A stretch of DNA of 64,000 bases from Octopus sinensis (lineage: Eukaryota). Both the position numbers and the translations under genes were made by a program. Positions 40,441 through 54,115 of the stretch are shown here, piece after piece (position 1 is the first letter of the stretch; each line of letters opens with the position of its first letter). The notes beneath the pieces are model-generated. The model did not search any database. It was given only the letters and a program-made list of their open reading frames with translations, and was not told the origin of the DNA. The DNA is taken from NCBI RefSeq assembly GCF_006345805.1, contig NC_042997.1, forward strand, positions 558,001 through 622,000, written 5' to 3'.

Positions 40441-40886
40441 TAAAGTACAGCAGGGAGTAACTCAATGAGGTCGAAACATGGTGATAACTCTCAAATTCCC
40501 TTACATTCAGGAATCGCATGTGTTAAGAATACACATCTAAATCGAGTAGATGATGTCTGTTGGCGAAACACAAAAGTGATCAGAATTTTCACATTTACCA
40601 GAACGTATTCACTATGGATAGAAATGTTATTATATTTTAAGACAGTGATTTAAACGTATTCTATTCGGTATCACACATGGTTTGACAAGTCATCTGCAAC
40701 CGGGTTGCTGATTGTAATGGTACTTGTACCTGATTGAACTAAGGCTAACAATAAGGTTTTCTTACCACGCTGTTCAAGTCTAAACTGTGTAGAGGACAGT
40801 GAAGATAAGAAAATCCCACAATTTGGTAAAATACGTCTACTTGCATACATATCCACGCATACGCATACATACACACATATATGCGC

Positions 40887-40929
<43 letters not shown>

Positions 40930-40979
40930 CATACATATATACATATATATATATCTTTGTATGTATATATGTATGTATG

Positions 40980-41049
<70 letters not shown>

Positions 41050-41334
41050 ATAGGAAGAGAAACTAAAGGAGAAAGACCGAGTAAAAGACTGGGAATGTGA
41101 TACAGAGGTTAAGAGAGTAGTAGCAGGAGAGCAATATGCTGTACATAAATAATATTTTCTCGTCACTTTAATGTGTTCGTTTATTGCTTACCTATCTTAT
41201 GTGCACTCTATGTTCAGTATTTAACATCATGTGTATAATACCACTCTATCGTAATATGATAATAAAGTCTTTTTTGCTATTCTTTCCCATTCAAATATAT
41301 TCTATTATGTCATTCTTTTATCCATTGAATATTT

Positions 41335-41440
41335 CTGCAACTGAGGACGAGTTTGTTTGATTGTGGTCTGTTAACTATACAGAGGCCATCCCTTTCGAAT
41401 CTACTAGCACTGGGTGTTCTCTGTGAAACAAAGTCTGTGA
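41335..41440 (+). ncRNA. hammerhead-like motif with long stem II insert
   Basis: CUGAGGA CGAG...CUCUGU GAAAC AAA GUC; core intact, stems I and II eroded. Confidence 0.45.
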
Positions 41441-41649
41441 TTTATTGACTAGAAATACTCGTAAATATATTTAATAGTAGTGAGATTGACACAGTCGTGT
41501 GATCCTGCATCATTGCTCTTTCATGTAGACTCACACTCTACTAGCAATTTTAATAAAAATATTTCTACAATAAATTTTGAAAGATAGTATAGTTGGTTAC
41601 CATTAGTCCAATAACAACTTTGTTGAATATCTGATGCTGGAAATAACTA

Positions 41650-43420
41650 GGTATACATAGAGTCTGAATAGCCGGATTACTCCTTCTAAGAGGTCATTTG
41701 CCTTTGTATGTGTGTCTGTGTTGCTTTTACTTACGTTTCTTTGGGTTGAAAAGTCCTTAATAAAGTTATATTTCAAATACTACATCGATCCATTTTGGAG
41801 AACGTTACACCACTACGGTAACGTGCTGTAGATCCAATTTTCTGCGTAAGGTACGTTCAGAACTGTAAGAAAGAATGCTAGGAATTACTCACTGACTGTG
41901 TGGAACTATGAAAAGCTTGTAACAAACGTAACAGAGGCCATCTGTACGATGTTCTCAGAAAATTTGGTATCATGTCCACATTCACAAGGCGCCTAATTTA
42001 TTTTTGAGCCAAGTGGTTTTCTGGATGGTCGGGAGATGAGATCTGAGACTATGAGCGTAAGACCAGGACTCAGTCAGGATTGCATGTTTTTGTACTACAT
42101 AATAAATAATTTCTAATCTATGTAGTCATGTGTTTATACAGAAGGCTGGAAAATGCATCTAGACTAATTATGAACTTATAAGTTGAAAACATTTTCAAGC
42201 TACTTCTTGTCTTAGATATAAACAGAATATGAAAGTATAGTATGTTGATGACTGCACTTTGGTAGCTCGCATTTCAGAAGTTGTCCTGCCCGCCAGCGAA
42301 TGGGTAACTGTAACAACATATATGAGGATGGATCTGTTTGTTAGCATTTATAAAAAATGAGCTTGTCTGTTAACGGTATGCACAATTTTCCATTTCCCTT
42401 TCGATTTACTCGTTTCAACAGCAACAATTAATCAAATCTTTGTAGTTCCAATAAATTCTCACTACATAAATTCATAAATCCCTCACACAGGCCCTTGCAA
42501 CCGTTGGAAGTATCAAAAATGGGGTCATTCCAAATAAACTACTCCGCCTCTATACTCAAGTTCTAGTTTGTCAATCATCAGGAAAAATATGTGTATCATC
42601 TGTTCTATATGAATGTGTGAAATGTACCACTTACAATCGACATATTATAGTCTAAAACGCATCTAATGTCTACAGAAGATTCTGTCATTCTACTTGCAAA
42701 ATAGGTTACACAGGTTGAATTACTTGGTTGAACAAACACTAATAACACTGAATCCACTACTTAGCCGCGTCACCTGAGAAAGCATGGATATATAGATTTC
42801 ACTTCTATCATCTGCATGAAGTTCTACAGTCTGCTACACCATAGTTAACCCCGGCTGGTTGATCGAAGAAGTAGTTCAAAGATCAGCTAAGGCCCCCTTG
42901 AAGACGCTGTAATAGTGGCGAGTATCGCTACCAACTGTTTACCTTTGTAGGCAACTTTATTTGAATCCAGTGCCATCCAACTGCTGGAAGAGAGTGAAGA
43001 TACGAATGTGAAATATCCCCAGAACTAACACGAGAAGGGAGTGTAGAGACAGCCATGCAGATTAATACCTTGTCTTTTCATCAAATAATTCACAAGTCCC
43101 ACTATAATCGAAAGTTTACGTCAAGGATCGGTACGTGCAATCATCAAAGTATTCTCCTTTGAAGATGGTGAACAACGAATTCTATGGACAATCAAGAGAA
43201 TATAAGCATTTGTGTTGTTCCCTATGGCTTAGTCAGGAGGTCAGATGATCAGATGCATGAACGTCGGAGGCTCTACGATACTGATAAAAATATATGGTGC
43301 TAGTCGACAACTTAAAAACAGTAAGAAAATTGGCAGTTTGGGTTGAAGGATTAACGATTTCGAAAAGAATGGTTCGTCAGGACATTCCACGTGGGCCTTT
43401 GTGCCTACCTGCATGCATCT
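41650..43420 (+). mobile_element. very decayed non-LTR retrotransposon RT region
   Basis: VLRKFG (~41950), SVRPG (GVRQG-like, ~42055) and YVDDC (42241) in colinear order. Confidence 0.4.
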
Positions 43421-45039
43421 TTACTTTAAAAATCTTACATTATATAGTGGAATAAATTACTTCGCTGTGCGACAGAAAACTGTTTGCTGAGGTAAATCAC
43501 TTGTTTCTTGGGAGTCTAATATTTCTCAATGTATTTATATATATCATTGATTAAATAAAATCAATGATTTGGATTTAGGCATATGACATCAAATTTTGAC
43601 AGGACTAAGAAAAGACAATATCATGAAAGCTAGTAATCCATTGGTTATTTATTCTATCGACACTGGAGGATGAACTGTAATGTCAACCTCGATAGGTTTA
43701 AGCTCAGAACATAAAGATCGAATACCGAATCGAATGCCGTCACTCATTTTCACGACAATATGATGATTCTATCAGTTTGCCTCTTTCATAAATTTAAATA
43801 ACACACATTAATATACAAATCTGTGACATCTTCTAAAACAAATAATTTTAAATTTTATTAATTTTAACAATTGCAACTAATGAACTGACAGTTACATCGT
43901 GAAAGAGTCATCGTAGCCAATTAATATCAAACAAAAGTCTGTGATATTCGTTCCTCATTTATTTTCGTGTTAAAATGTTTGAAGCACATCTGCGCCTTGG
44001 TCGCTGATACTTCAGAAATAAAAAGAGAATGAATATAACGTATTTCTAAGTTCTTAAAATGACTAAGATGGCTTTCCGCAAAGTAAATAGAGTTGGATTC
44101 AACACACAGCCTCGGATCACCTGACTTACAAAACAAAAGAGTAAAAAAAAAGAAAAAAATCCGAAACTTGGAATTAGAATTTTACATTTACATAATTCTA
44201 GGAAAGATAAATGCCATGTTATTAATACCTGTAAAAGATGAAATATTTTCGTCTGTATTAAATGAAAATTTTCAATTAACAAACTATAAATAATTGAACT
44301 GAAATGGATAAAATTAACTAAATATAATTAAATATGATAGAATAAATTTGGAAAATAGAAAATACTGTTATCAAATCCTATTTAAACACACACACACACA
44401 CACACACAATGTGTCTGTGTATGAATGTAACTATGCTTGCATGTATGTGTGCGTGTGCATGTGTGTGGACTGTTCGTGCGCGCACGCACACACACAAACA
44501 CACACACTTATATATATATATATACATACACCCTTCTTAATTTTTCCGTATGCATATGTGTTGACACTAAACACTGTTAACATTGTATTCCTACCCATAC
44601 TCTCACTAAACAGTGTCCACATATAAACAAACATATTTGAAACATGTATAAATACAACTATAACTAATATATGAATACACTCATACACGCACACACACAC
44701 ACACACATACTCATGGATAAAATCAATCACATTTTTGCATAAAACCTGCAGAAAGAAACTGACGAATTTGGAGCGCGGACTTTTGTCTTCAGTAGTGAGT
44801 CTTCTACGTTATTCGGTTCACGATAATATATTTGTGCTTTTAATTCCTGGTGCGGGCAACGCATGTTTCCCGGGGTAAGACACGTCTTTCGGTTTTTTTC
44901 TAGTATATCAGCTGAAATTGAGTAGTAGCTCTCAGTGTCTTTTCCTTTCTATTCTTTGTCTTTCTGCCTTTCTTTCTTTCTTTTTCATTCTTTCCTCTTT
45001 TCCTCTTTCTTTCTTTCTATATTTATTTTCTTTCTTTCG

Positions 45040-45079
45040 TTCCTTCCTTTGTTTCCTTCCTTCCTTCCTTCCTTCCTTC

Positions 45080-45145
<66 letters not shown>

Positions 45146-45160
45146 GTCTGTCTGTCTGTC
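45040..45160. repeat. (CTTC)n(CTTT)n(CTGT)n repeat
   Basis: Direct. Confidence 0.95.
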
Positions 45161-45189
45161 GCTCTGCCTCCCTCTCTTCTCTCTCTCTC

Positions 45190-46076
45190 CAGCTCACATG
45201 TCTCTATATTGCACTTGGTTAAAGGTGAAAGTTCCCAGGGGGATGTTTATGTCTGCTCATGATTACATAAGTACCTAAACTAATCAACGAAACCGCAGTA
45301 CATACTTCCAGGTCGCAGACGCTTCCAAGTGACGGATAAGATATTCAGTTATTAACAAAAGATGTAAATAATATTTTAGTGGTAAGTAGCACCTTTAGCA
45401 AAGGTGGTAGACAGTCTACCTTTTTAAGTAGGATGTTTGTTTGGTAATCAACCGAAGATTGTCAACATTATTTCTGTCATGGCTATATTGTCTTCATTTC
45501 TCTAACATTATCACTGCTACAGTATAATTTTGATTAATGAAGAATTTACAATATTTAACATTCCATCTGAGCCTCTCACTCATAATTTAAACAATAGTAA
45601 AAGAAAGAACTGCAGAAACAAATCCAAAAATTTGCTACAATTATATGTCTGGAACAAAATAAAAACCACATAGGACTGACGTGACATTGTTGTAGGAATT
45701 TGCTTCCCAACCATATGGTTCCGGGTTCAATCCTATTTCGTGGTACGTAAGGCAAGTGTCTCCTACTATAACCTTGTGCCAATCAAAGCCTTGTGATGGA
45801 ATCTGGTCGATGGAAGCTGAAAGAATGTCGTTATATATACAATATGTATAAATATAAATTGGAAATTGAAACAAAAACAATAAATTGAACAATTAAATAA
45901 TTTCATCATTAATGATAAATTAAATTCAATTTTATTATTTTATATATAAAAACAAATGTCTGTCTGTTTGCCTCTCAATCTACAGCTGCCATGTCTCTAT
46001 GTTGCACTTGGTCAAAGATGGGAGTTCCCAGTGGAGGGAGTCTATGTCTGTTCACGATTACATAGGTACTTAAAAC

Positions 46077-46077
<1 letters not shown>
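45190..46077 (+). repeat. diverged ~95 bp direct repeat pair (45190-45285, 45980-46077)
   Basis: CATGTCTCTAT.TTGCACTTGGT.AAAG...GTTCCCAG...TATGTCTG.TCA.GATTACATA.GTAC. Confidence 0.8.
45692..45835 (+). mobile_element. SINE family B 5' half, diverged
   Basis: ACCATATGGTTCCGGGTTCAATCC...GGCAAGTGTCTCCTACTATA...AAAGCCTTGTGA. Confidence 0.8.
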
Positions 46078-46126
<49 letters not shown>

Positions 46127-46314
46127 AATTAATAGTAACGTCTCTATGCAACCATCTATTGGTTTCATGGTTTCATATTCATGACTGCACATGTCATCTG
46201 CTAATTATGTATATTACAACTACTACATACATCTGAGCTCCCAGTTAAAAAGTATGCATTCTCCCCTTACTATTTACTATATTATATATATGTATATTAT
46301 ATATATATAATATG

Positions 46315-46345
<31 letters not shown>

Positions 46346-46346
46346 C

Positions 46347-46402
<56 letters not shown>

Positions 46403-46431
46403 ATATATATGTATATTATATATATATGTTA

Positions 46432-46530
<99 letters not shown>

Positions 46531-46645
46531 CCTGGTCGCTTAGCCAGCGGGGTGGCGTCATTTGAAGGCTAAAAACAATGCGAAGAGCATTGTGACCAGC
46601 GATGTCTAGCAACATCTGATAGCCTGGTCGGTGACGGTGATGGTG

Positions 46646-46789
<144 letters not shown>

Positions 46790-46962
46790 CGGTTATCAAT
46801 TTGCGTTTCAAGTTTTCTGGAGTGAAATCGTGTGTTGAAACCGATATTGTTGTATTTCGGGATCATCATTTCTTGTCTTGCCAAATAAACACTCGCATTA
46901 TATGTCTTTTCTTCACTCGTTTATTACTGTTCCTATTTTTTATTATTTTAACTCATGTCCGT

Positions 46963-47007
46963 TGTCCGGAAATCTTTCGTCACACATCTGTGACCTCTCC
47001 AGCGACA
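46963..47007 (-). ncRNA. hammerhead-like motif
   Basis: UGUCG CUGgAGA g GUCAC-agaugu-GUGAC GAAA GAUU UC CGGACA; A6G substitution. Confidence 0.6.
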
Positions 47008-47898
47008 TTTTTCGTTTTCGTCTGCTTTCTTGCTCCACTTACTCCATTCTGTTCTTCTGAGGTGTTTATCCTCATGTGCGCATCAGTTTGTGCCATTGTT
47101 TGTGCGTTTGCTCGTCAGTGCTCTACCAACATCCTCAGGCACGACAGGGAGTCTTGATTAATAGCATAGAGGTTAAAGTGTTATCGTCACATAGAACTGA
47201 CACGACACTTAGACAGATCACATAGATTACGCACATAGCAGTAGAAAGACCGAGCCTTAATAGGAAACACGAATGGAACAGCAACACCCATCACCACACC
47301 ACATAACTGAAAACAATGTGTGAGAAGAGAGACCAAAAAACTAAAAAAAATAATAAATTGTAAATTATACCTAGAAACATACAGGGTAATACACACACAA
47401 TAGCCAAATATGCACTTACCTGTGATACTTATGAGAAATAAAGGTAGATGTATAACAATAAATAAATAAATATATAAATAGAAAAATACGCAATTATAAA
47501 ATGTGTTTGTCACACACTTGGAATAAATATAAGATATAGAGATAGGCTAAATAAATAAATACATCTATATAAAGGGCAAGGATACACACAACATACGAAG
47601 CGAACCCATACACACAAAAACACACACACACAAGAAGTTTCATGGAAGGACACAACAATGTCAACACACGATTAACAACGACAGCAGCAGCGGCGGTGGT
47701 AACGATGGCAATAACAACAACAACAACAACAACTATAACTACCACGATGGTAACACCGTTGGCGAACACACATCCACAGAAGTATATAGGAACTGTACCA
47801 TACTTTTTGGGTCTTGGGGCAGTCACATCAAGAGGGGGTGAGAGGATGAAGCTGCGTGTGTGCAGATATACATATGTGTACATCCTGCGTGTGTGCGG

Positions 47899-47944
<46 letters not shown>

Positions 47945-48447
47945 TATATATACATGTACATGTGTATGGTTGCATAAATATGTGGCTGTACATACGTGTG
48001 TTCCACGCGAGTGTGAGTGAGCATAAAGCATGCGCGCATTTTAGACGTGTATTTCAGTATGGCATTGCGCGTATGGGTATGTGCACGCGTGCGTGTGTGC
48101 GCGCGGGTGTGTGGATATGTATACCTCTACATGTATGGCTGCATATATATGTGCATCTATTGGCGTATGTGTGGGTGCGCATGTGTGTGTTCCATGCGTG
48201 TGTGAAAGAGCATATGCATATAGGCACATGTACGTGGGTGTGCGTGCGCGCATGAGTATGTATGTACATGCGCACATACGCGATTGCTATGAGCATTTGT
48301 ACTCCTTTACTTTTTACTTCCTCCTCTTCGGTTTTTTTCCCCTTATTTAACGGTCATTCTAATAGCTCTTTTGTCTTAATAACGGTCAATTACATAGTAA
48401 TTACCCTTTGTTTACCGGTAATTTTCATAGCATATTTTGATTGCCTC

Positions 48448-48509
48448 AATAACTGAAGAGATGCCGAAGCAGATTTTCTGTCTCGACATCCGAAACTCGG
48501 AGTTTTATT
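48448..48509 (+). ncRNA. near-intact type I hammerhead ribozyme motif
   Basis: AAUAA CUGAAGA GAUGcCGA...UCGaCAUC c GAAA CUC g GAG UU UUAUU. Confidence 0.7.
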
Positions 48510-48612
48510 ATGGCAAGTGAATAATTGTCACCACATATTATATTATAGATAAATTCCTCTATTTACATAATATCGAGGTATCTTTCGTTCTTTTGTTGTC
48601 TTACCATTACTG

Positions 48613-48670
<58 letters not shown>

Positions 48671-48798
48671 AAGGCTTACCTGATTGTGTGTGTGTGTGTT
48701 TTTGTGTTGGCGTTTGTCTTCCGCCATCGTTTGACAACTGGTGCTGATTTCTGCACTTCCAGTAGCAAAGCGGTACGGCAAAAACAGCGATAGAATAA

Positions 48799-49102
48799 GT
48801 TTTTATTGTATTTATGCGCCCTTTTCAAGCCTAGCCAGGCTCATGTGTCTGCTTTCCCGGTTTCTATGGCGTATGTGTCCCTCCACCCCAGCTGTACGGG
48901 ACGCCAGTCTATCGCAGCGTTACTCAAGAAACAGGAAGAAAGTGTGAGAGATAGTTGGTTCGAAAGAGTACAACAGGGGTTGCCACCACCCTTGCCGTAT
49001 CCTCGTGGAGTTTTAGGCGTTTTCGCTCAATAAAGACACACAGCGCCTTGTCTGGGAATCGAAACCGCCATCCTCCGATCGCGATTCCGCTGCCCTAATC
49101 AC
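48799..49102 (-). mobile_element. tRNA-derived SINE family C, inserted into a family B remnant (48684-48798)
   Basis: B box GGTTTCGATTCC; central CTGCGATAGACTGGCGTCCC (V/Meta-SINE-like); TSD CGATAGAAT(A/T)A. Confidence 0.85.
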
Positions 49103-50871
49103 CGATAGAATTAAAAGAGATTTAAAAGAATCAAATTAACAAATAGAGGAGTCGATTCTTACGGATTTTTCTCTTCCAAACAGTTCACTTCGTAAGCTCT
49201 TCCTAATAGTCTGAACCGTAATAGACACTGTGCAGTTTAACTGGAAATGTTGATGAAACTGAAGGGGGCAGCCAGAACGGATGTCTCCCTCAAAGTACCG
49301 TATTGCAAGGCTATAATTGTTTCTAACTTAAATACTGTGCTGCTACCTCGTAGTTTGCCAGTTTCGTGCTAGTCACTCAACGTCCTGGAGACAATTACTA
49401 TGGCCATTCCGTACTAGATCTGTTGGAATGCTCCTTGACATGATCATTTTATAAAATAACAAAGGTTGAAGCGCAAAGAAAATCAGTGAAGAGTTCAGTA
49501 CTTGAAGGGTCCCGAACGAGTTAAAATACAGCTTTATATTTTTCTGTAATAAGAACGTTATATTCTTATTATGAGTGAATAGAATATTATATTTTTAAAT
49601 GTAACACTCTACAAAATTTAAAAATCGGTATTTAAGTATTAACGTTATAACAGAAAAATATCATCGGCAAAATAAGAAGTCTTACTGAAGCTTTTCACAG
49701 GATACAATGTGTGGTGGCTTATTTTTCTGAAAGCTGCTAACCTAATTACGCAAGTTATTTATAGCTGATTTGAATAAATAAAATTTCAGTGTAGTAGGAG
49801 AAAATATGTATTTAAGCACTATCAGCATTATAAAATGTCTGATAGAATAATTGCAATAATTGTAATTGTTACATTGTTTGTAATTTATTGAATATAATAG
49901 AACATTTTTAAAAGTGCTCTTATACATTGTTCAGTGTAGATTGTATATATGTTCTTAGAAATAATGGAAATAAATAATGTATATAGAAATTAACAATAGA
50001 AATAAATCTTGAAGTAATTCTGTAAAATATAAAAAGCAATCACAAGATTTTAGCATGAATATCAGAAGCTAAAATGTTGAATTTATTAGCATGCTCGTCG
50101 CAAAATGACACCATATATAACATGCATAATGTCTTAATGAAAATTAGATTGCAATTGAAATGTATACATTGTTTTAATTAAAATTTGCATTCATAAAATG
50201 TGTATTCCTGCTTAGATACAAAGATAAATATATAAACTTAATATTAACATTCAAAATCATAAAAAGTACCAATATGCGTAATAATGGCACAAAACAGTTG
50301 AGCATTTGAAACAATCTCGTAATTTTGAGAGATTGGTAAGAATGAAAATATTTCTGTATCTTCATCATGAGCTTCAAGTTTTGTAAATCGCAATTGCATC
50401 AGACAGAACATCCTGTGCCCAAATATAAAATTCCCCGGGGAAATGATACAAAAACTATGCTATTAAAAATAAGAAAAATAAAAACAATTAAGTATAAATA
50501 CCCGTAATGATTAAATTTACAATATGCATCTTCAAAAAAACCCGTGTCATGTGTATGAGCAGGTGAGTGTGTTTAGGCATGTGAATGCATGTACGCGAGG
50601 AATTATGTACTGCATATGCACAGGTAGTTTATAAAATCCTTTAAATTGTAATATATTTTGGAAAAAACAGTGGAAATCGCATATAATATATGTATCCTAA
50701 TGATTCCGGACGCCATACATTTGAACACTAGATTAAATATAAAATAAATTAACACTTAATATAATCTGAGCAAGTATTGGCCTACCGCATCAAAATATGT
50801 GTGAATATATACAGACGTGTATATATATAAATGCACACAAACATATGTATCTCTCTCTATATGAATATACC

Positions 50872-50954
<83 letters not shown>

Positions 50955-51120
50955 ATATATATATATACATACATACGTATGTATAATAATTCAATATATA
51001 TATATATATAGATATACACACATACGTATATATATGTATATATATGCAGACATGTATATATATAAATATATATATATATAATATATATATATATTTACAC
51101 ATGTATGCGTATTATAATTC

Positions 51121-51166
<46 letters not shown>

Positions 51167-51948
51167 CATATATATAATACATAAATGCAGATGCACATGA
51201 ATGCAATTCATAATATTCTAATTTTCGATAGAAAAGACAAGAATTTATTGGTTAGATATTGATTTTTAACGTTTCTAAGATTTGTTGATAATTTATTGGG
51301 TAAATATAAAATAGTAAACATTAAAATATGTTGTTTTTACAGCATTGTAGTAAATATTGATTTCTTACAGTATGAAACGTTCTTTTAGAAAATGTAATAG
51401 AGGACTTCGATGACCACAGTATATATATATATATATGTTGAATAATATATTAACGTAAGAGAGATCTAAATCGATGTCCAACTCAGTGAAATTTGGACTA
51501 TGATTAATAAAGTTGTTAATCTACATACTGTAAAGTATTATGTTCATTGCTATCCTATGACTACTAAAATGGTATTGTTGTTGTTTAGACCCATGGCTGC
51601 TATATCGTGTAGACGTATAATCAAAGTAATTTTCGATATGATGATCCCAATATATTTAAACATACTGGACCTGGGACTGTTTTAACCAAAATATCCTTCC
51701 TTCTTTAAATATTTGGTACAATTTGATAGAGGTCTCAATGTTATTTCTATCATGTAAATTGACCATGCAACAAACATCGTACTTTGTCCTGTATTTAGCC
51801 AGGTGTTCTGGTGGATTTTTGTTTTTGCCGTATTGTGTTGGCTATATCTCTGCTTACCTCTGATCAAGTAGCGGGATACTCAAAAGTTTTCCAACCATAC
51901 CCAATTTGTTTTTAGATTTTCTTATAAACATAATGTATGTCTGACTAA

Positions 51949-52203
51949 GTGGCGGCACATGATATAGGGGGTAGAGCAAGGTATCGCGAGTTCGAATCTC
52001 TGACCGGGCAATGTGTGTGTTTATGAGCGAAACACCTAAGCTCCAGGCTGCACCGACAGAAGGTAATGGCGAACTTCTGATGACTCTTTCGCCACAACTT
52101 TCTCTCAATCTTTGCTCCTGCATCTTGCAGCCCATATGCTGTATAGGTGAGGAACCTATACGCCAAGGAAACCTGGAAACCGATCCTTATGAGCCAGGCA
52201 TAA
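51949..52203 (+). mobile_element. SINE family C-related copy with 12 bp TSD
   Basis: GAGTTCGAATCTC B box; ATGTCTGACTAA at 51937-51948 and 52204-52215. Confidence 0.85.
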
Positions 52204-53799
52204 ATGTCTGACTAAATTATCTATTCTGACAATCATTTTATAGCACATGATACACCTGTTTTCAGGTTCATTTCTTCTATGCAGCACCCTGAGAAAGTGT
52301 CTGCTACCATAGTGAATTTGAAAGAGGGAAACTGTGTGGAAAATTTTCGAATAACTATTTACATTTCTTGTTGGTTTTTGCAATCGGTCACCTGACTTAA
52401 ATTCTATCACAGGACACATGGGTACTTTTAGCAAAACCCATGTTTTGCGACGTTTAGGGTTATATGTCTAGTTTGAAGATATTTTCCTCTCTTTCTTCAG
52501 ACAGTCATGGAAGTTTCTGACTAAACCATTCAAAAAACAAAGGCACATGAAGTGAAGGATATTTCACCCGTATTCCAGGCAGCTTGATCAATCTAGAGTC
52601 TTTCAAATTATCTTGTTATGACATTTGCAATAAGTATTTCCGATTATCAACTTGAACTTTACGAAATCAGAAATAGAATTAATATAAATTTGAATCAATT
52701 TGCAACAAAATATATGCACTTCACTTAGGTGGCAATATGCTCTTGAAAAAAAACCCGGAAATTTTGAAGATGTAAGAAATCAAAAGATGTCCTCCTTTGT
52801 GAGAGAAAATAATACAAAGGGATTTACTTGCTATTGGTAACTGGTAGAGTTTAGAGTTACATCATACAACTTTTATGGTGTCTAGAAAACGATGTGTAAT
52901 TAACTTTTTGGGCTCTGTTAATCTTAAGAAGCGAAGAAAAAGCTGAAACAGATCAAGGTTTCATGCTGCCAGAGATTTAGCTCGCCTTAGTTAATTGCTA
53001 CGGAAACCAGATATACACGCTTACCTGTGTGTACTTATGATTTACCAAAAAATTGAACTGAATACTTAACTGGTTGTTTTATTTACTTATTTATCTAAGT
53101 AGTTGCTGTTGTTGTTGAGGAACTGCGATGGCGTGGTGCATGCTTACAGATGCAATAGTTGTAGTTTGTACGTATTTGTCAGTCAATAAGGATGTCATGA
53201 CAGCGGTCATTGCACACATGGCTGGATGGCTATATTCGTTTTGGAATTATGAGAATTCAGTATCTATCTCTGTAGGGCACCATGTGCAAATGTCTACTAA
53301 AGGATTTTCAAATGAACATTTAGGATATGCGTGTATACATGACGCTACCTGTAGACTACGTTAAAGATACACGTAGAATGTTCAGTCAAATTATAAGTAA
53401 GGATTCACCTCACTAATGATGCATAATAGCTATTTTAGTATGGTTGTAACTGAATTCAATACCAAAATTTGGTGAATGAACTTTCAGGAATCGCTTGATG
53501 TATATCACTGCCTATCGTTCTCACCTTCTTTCTAGAATTAGAGATTTAACTTTTGCAGCCTCTCCAATTAGGTAATATGTCGTATCGAGACGATATTTTA
53601 TGTGTAGCTTCGAGTTCCGACGTTAGGGTTACACTATTAATGACAATAGTTAAGAGCAATAGTCCAAAATGCTGGGGACAAATGTCCCCCAGAGGACCGT
53701 GGTCGTTTCCTATTCTCTGGTTCTGAAAGTTCGAAGGATCCACCCGGCCAATTACCTCATTTTATTGCAAACTCACTAATATTCACCTGGAAAGATAAA

Positions 53800-54115
53800 T
53801 CATTACTTATGTGAATGCCCAGGTCACGCACTGATTTTATTCAAGGATAACAATCCCCGGGGGTTCATTGTATCTTATCTGTATTTCATGCAATTTCGTT
53901 TATTGTTAGCGCAGGGCTTAGTATTTCACTGCATGTTTTTGTCCTTAGCCCACCTGAATACCATGTCCAAATCCTGTTGCGGGTGCATGACATCTCCAAT
54001 GTCCTATGTTCTCTGAGAGACCTTTGGTGGCTATGTGAGTAGCTGCGGGTATGTATGAGAGGACCACTATGAATATCAGTGGCCCCAAGACAGTGCCCTG
54101 TGAGACACCACTCAT
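53800..54115 (-). mobile_element. CR1/L2-type RT fragment
   Basis: SGVSQGTVLGPLIFIV; QQDLDMVFRWAKDKNMQ. Confidence 0.8.

Noticed and set aside
52076-52100. CTGATGA hammerhead-core heptamer
   Set aside because: No stem II plus GAAA or stem I follows; lies inside a SINE
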